Below are positions 37,693 through 38,126 of a stretch of 38,126 bases of DNA, piece after piece (the first letter of the stretch is position 1; each line of letters starts with the position of its first letter). The stretch is from the NCBI GenBank assembly GCA_016937315.1, contig JAFGWD010000285.1, positions 1 to 38,126 on the forward strand. The letters run 5' to 3'. A program made the position numbers and the translations under genes. The notes beneath the pieces are model-generated. The model saw nothing but the letters and a program-made list of their open reading frames with translations, was not told the origin of the DNA and searched no databases. The DNA comes from Rhodospirillaceae bacterium (GTDB taxonomy: Bacteria > Pseudomonadota > Alphaproteobacteria > Rhodospirillales > Rhodospirillaceae).

Positions 37693-38126
37693 ATGAAAAA
37701 ACTAAATATTCTGGTTTTTATTGATGTAGATGTCGTAGTCAGGCATTTCATATATAGTAGTGCATTCGCACATACAGCAAAAAAACACAATGTAAAGTTT
37801 GTCTTTCCGGAGCAGGGAAACAAACGTTTCGGATCCATTATTCCTGACGCGCTGTCTTTGCCAGCCCCCTATATCCGCCTACCCCACCACCAAGAGCGCA
37901 CCCGGCTCTGGAAACAGATATTCCATATTGACCAATTACGCCTACGCCCCGGCAAACAAGCCGCCGCACTTCGTCGATTACGGCGCGTTACATTGGGCTG
38001 GAAAGCCGCAGCCCTTTATACTCTTCTGGCTATGCCTGGAATCTGGTCCATATTCCGCGCCTTTCGCCTAAATCAGATTGCAGGCCTCAGAAACACAGCA
38101 ATGGAGGATTTATTCGACCACGAGAA
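37693..38126 (+). CDS. N-terminal part of an ORF running off the window (MKKLNILVFIDVDVVVRHFIYSSAF...), possibly another GT-B-like protein
   Basis: Manual translation from ATG 37693 shows no stop in 144 codons to the window edge; same strand as the cluster; absent from the ORF track because it is open-ended. Confidence 0.75.
   Translation, partial: MKKLNILVFIDVDVVVRHFIYSSAFAHTAKKHNVKFVFPEQGNKRFGSIIPDALSLPAPYIRLPHHQERTRLWKQIFHIDQLRLRPGKQAAALRRLRRVTLGWKAAALYTLLAMPGIWSIFRAFRLNQIAGLRNTAMEDLFDHE

Overview
A surface-glycan biosynthesis island, probably from an alphaproteobacterium (inferred from the IS types and the pseB-pseC...SpsF/FlmC-type...pseG gene arrangement; not provable here). It has three parts. 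(1) 0.4-11.0 kb: two convergent operons that share a terminator. The + operon encodes a twitch-type radical SAM enzyme with DesII-like segments, a Gfo/Idh/MocA oxidoreductase and an RfbF-like nucleotidyltransferase. The - operon encodes a GtrB/DPM1-like GT2, a Gfo/Idh/MocA enzyme, an NDP-sugar C-methyltransferase, a YfhO-like multi-TM (GT-C-type) protein, an RfbG-like 4,6-dehydratase and a second SDR. Together they look like a route to a C-methyl-branched deoxysugar delivered through a polyprenyl-phosphate carrier. (2) 11.4-13.1 kb: nested, deleted IS remnants (two different IS3-family elements fused by a deletion, abutting a 5'-truncated IS5/IS427-group element). (3) 13.4-38.1 kb: a long + strand cluster with a full pseudaminic acid core (pseB, pseC, pseG-GNAT fusion, pseI, SpsF-type cytidylyltransferase) and many tailoring genes (aldo/keto reductase, WbuX/HisH/HisF-like trio, GNAT, class III aminotransferase, PIG-L deacetylase, formyltransferase). 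A second ulosonate module follows: DegT aminotransferase, second SpsF, two Gfo/Idh/MocA enzymes, two orphan GT-B-like proteins, GNAT, PglK-like ABC flippase, a NeuB-SAF-cupin isomerase fusion and a HAD phosphatase. A further ORF runs off the right edge. No rRNA, tRNA or CRISPR array was seen. All functional calls come from motif recognition by eye, and the product structures are hypotheses.
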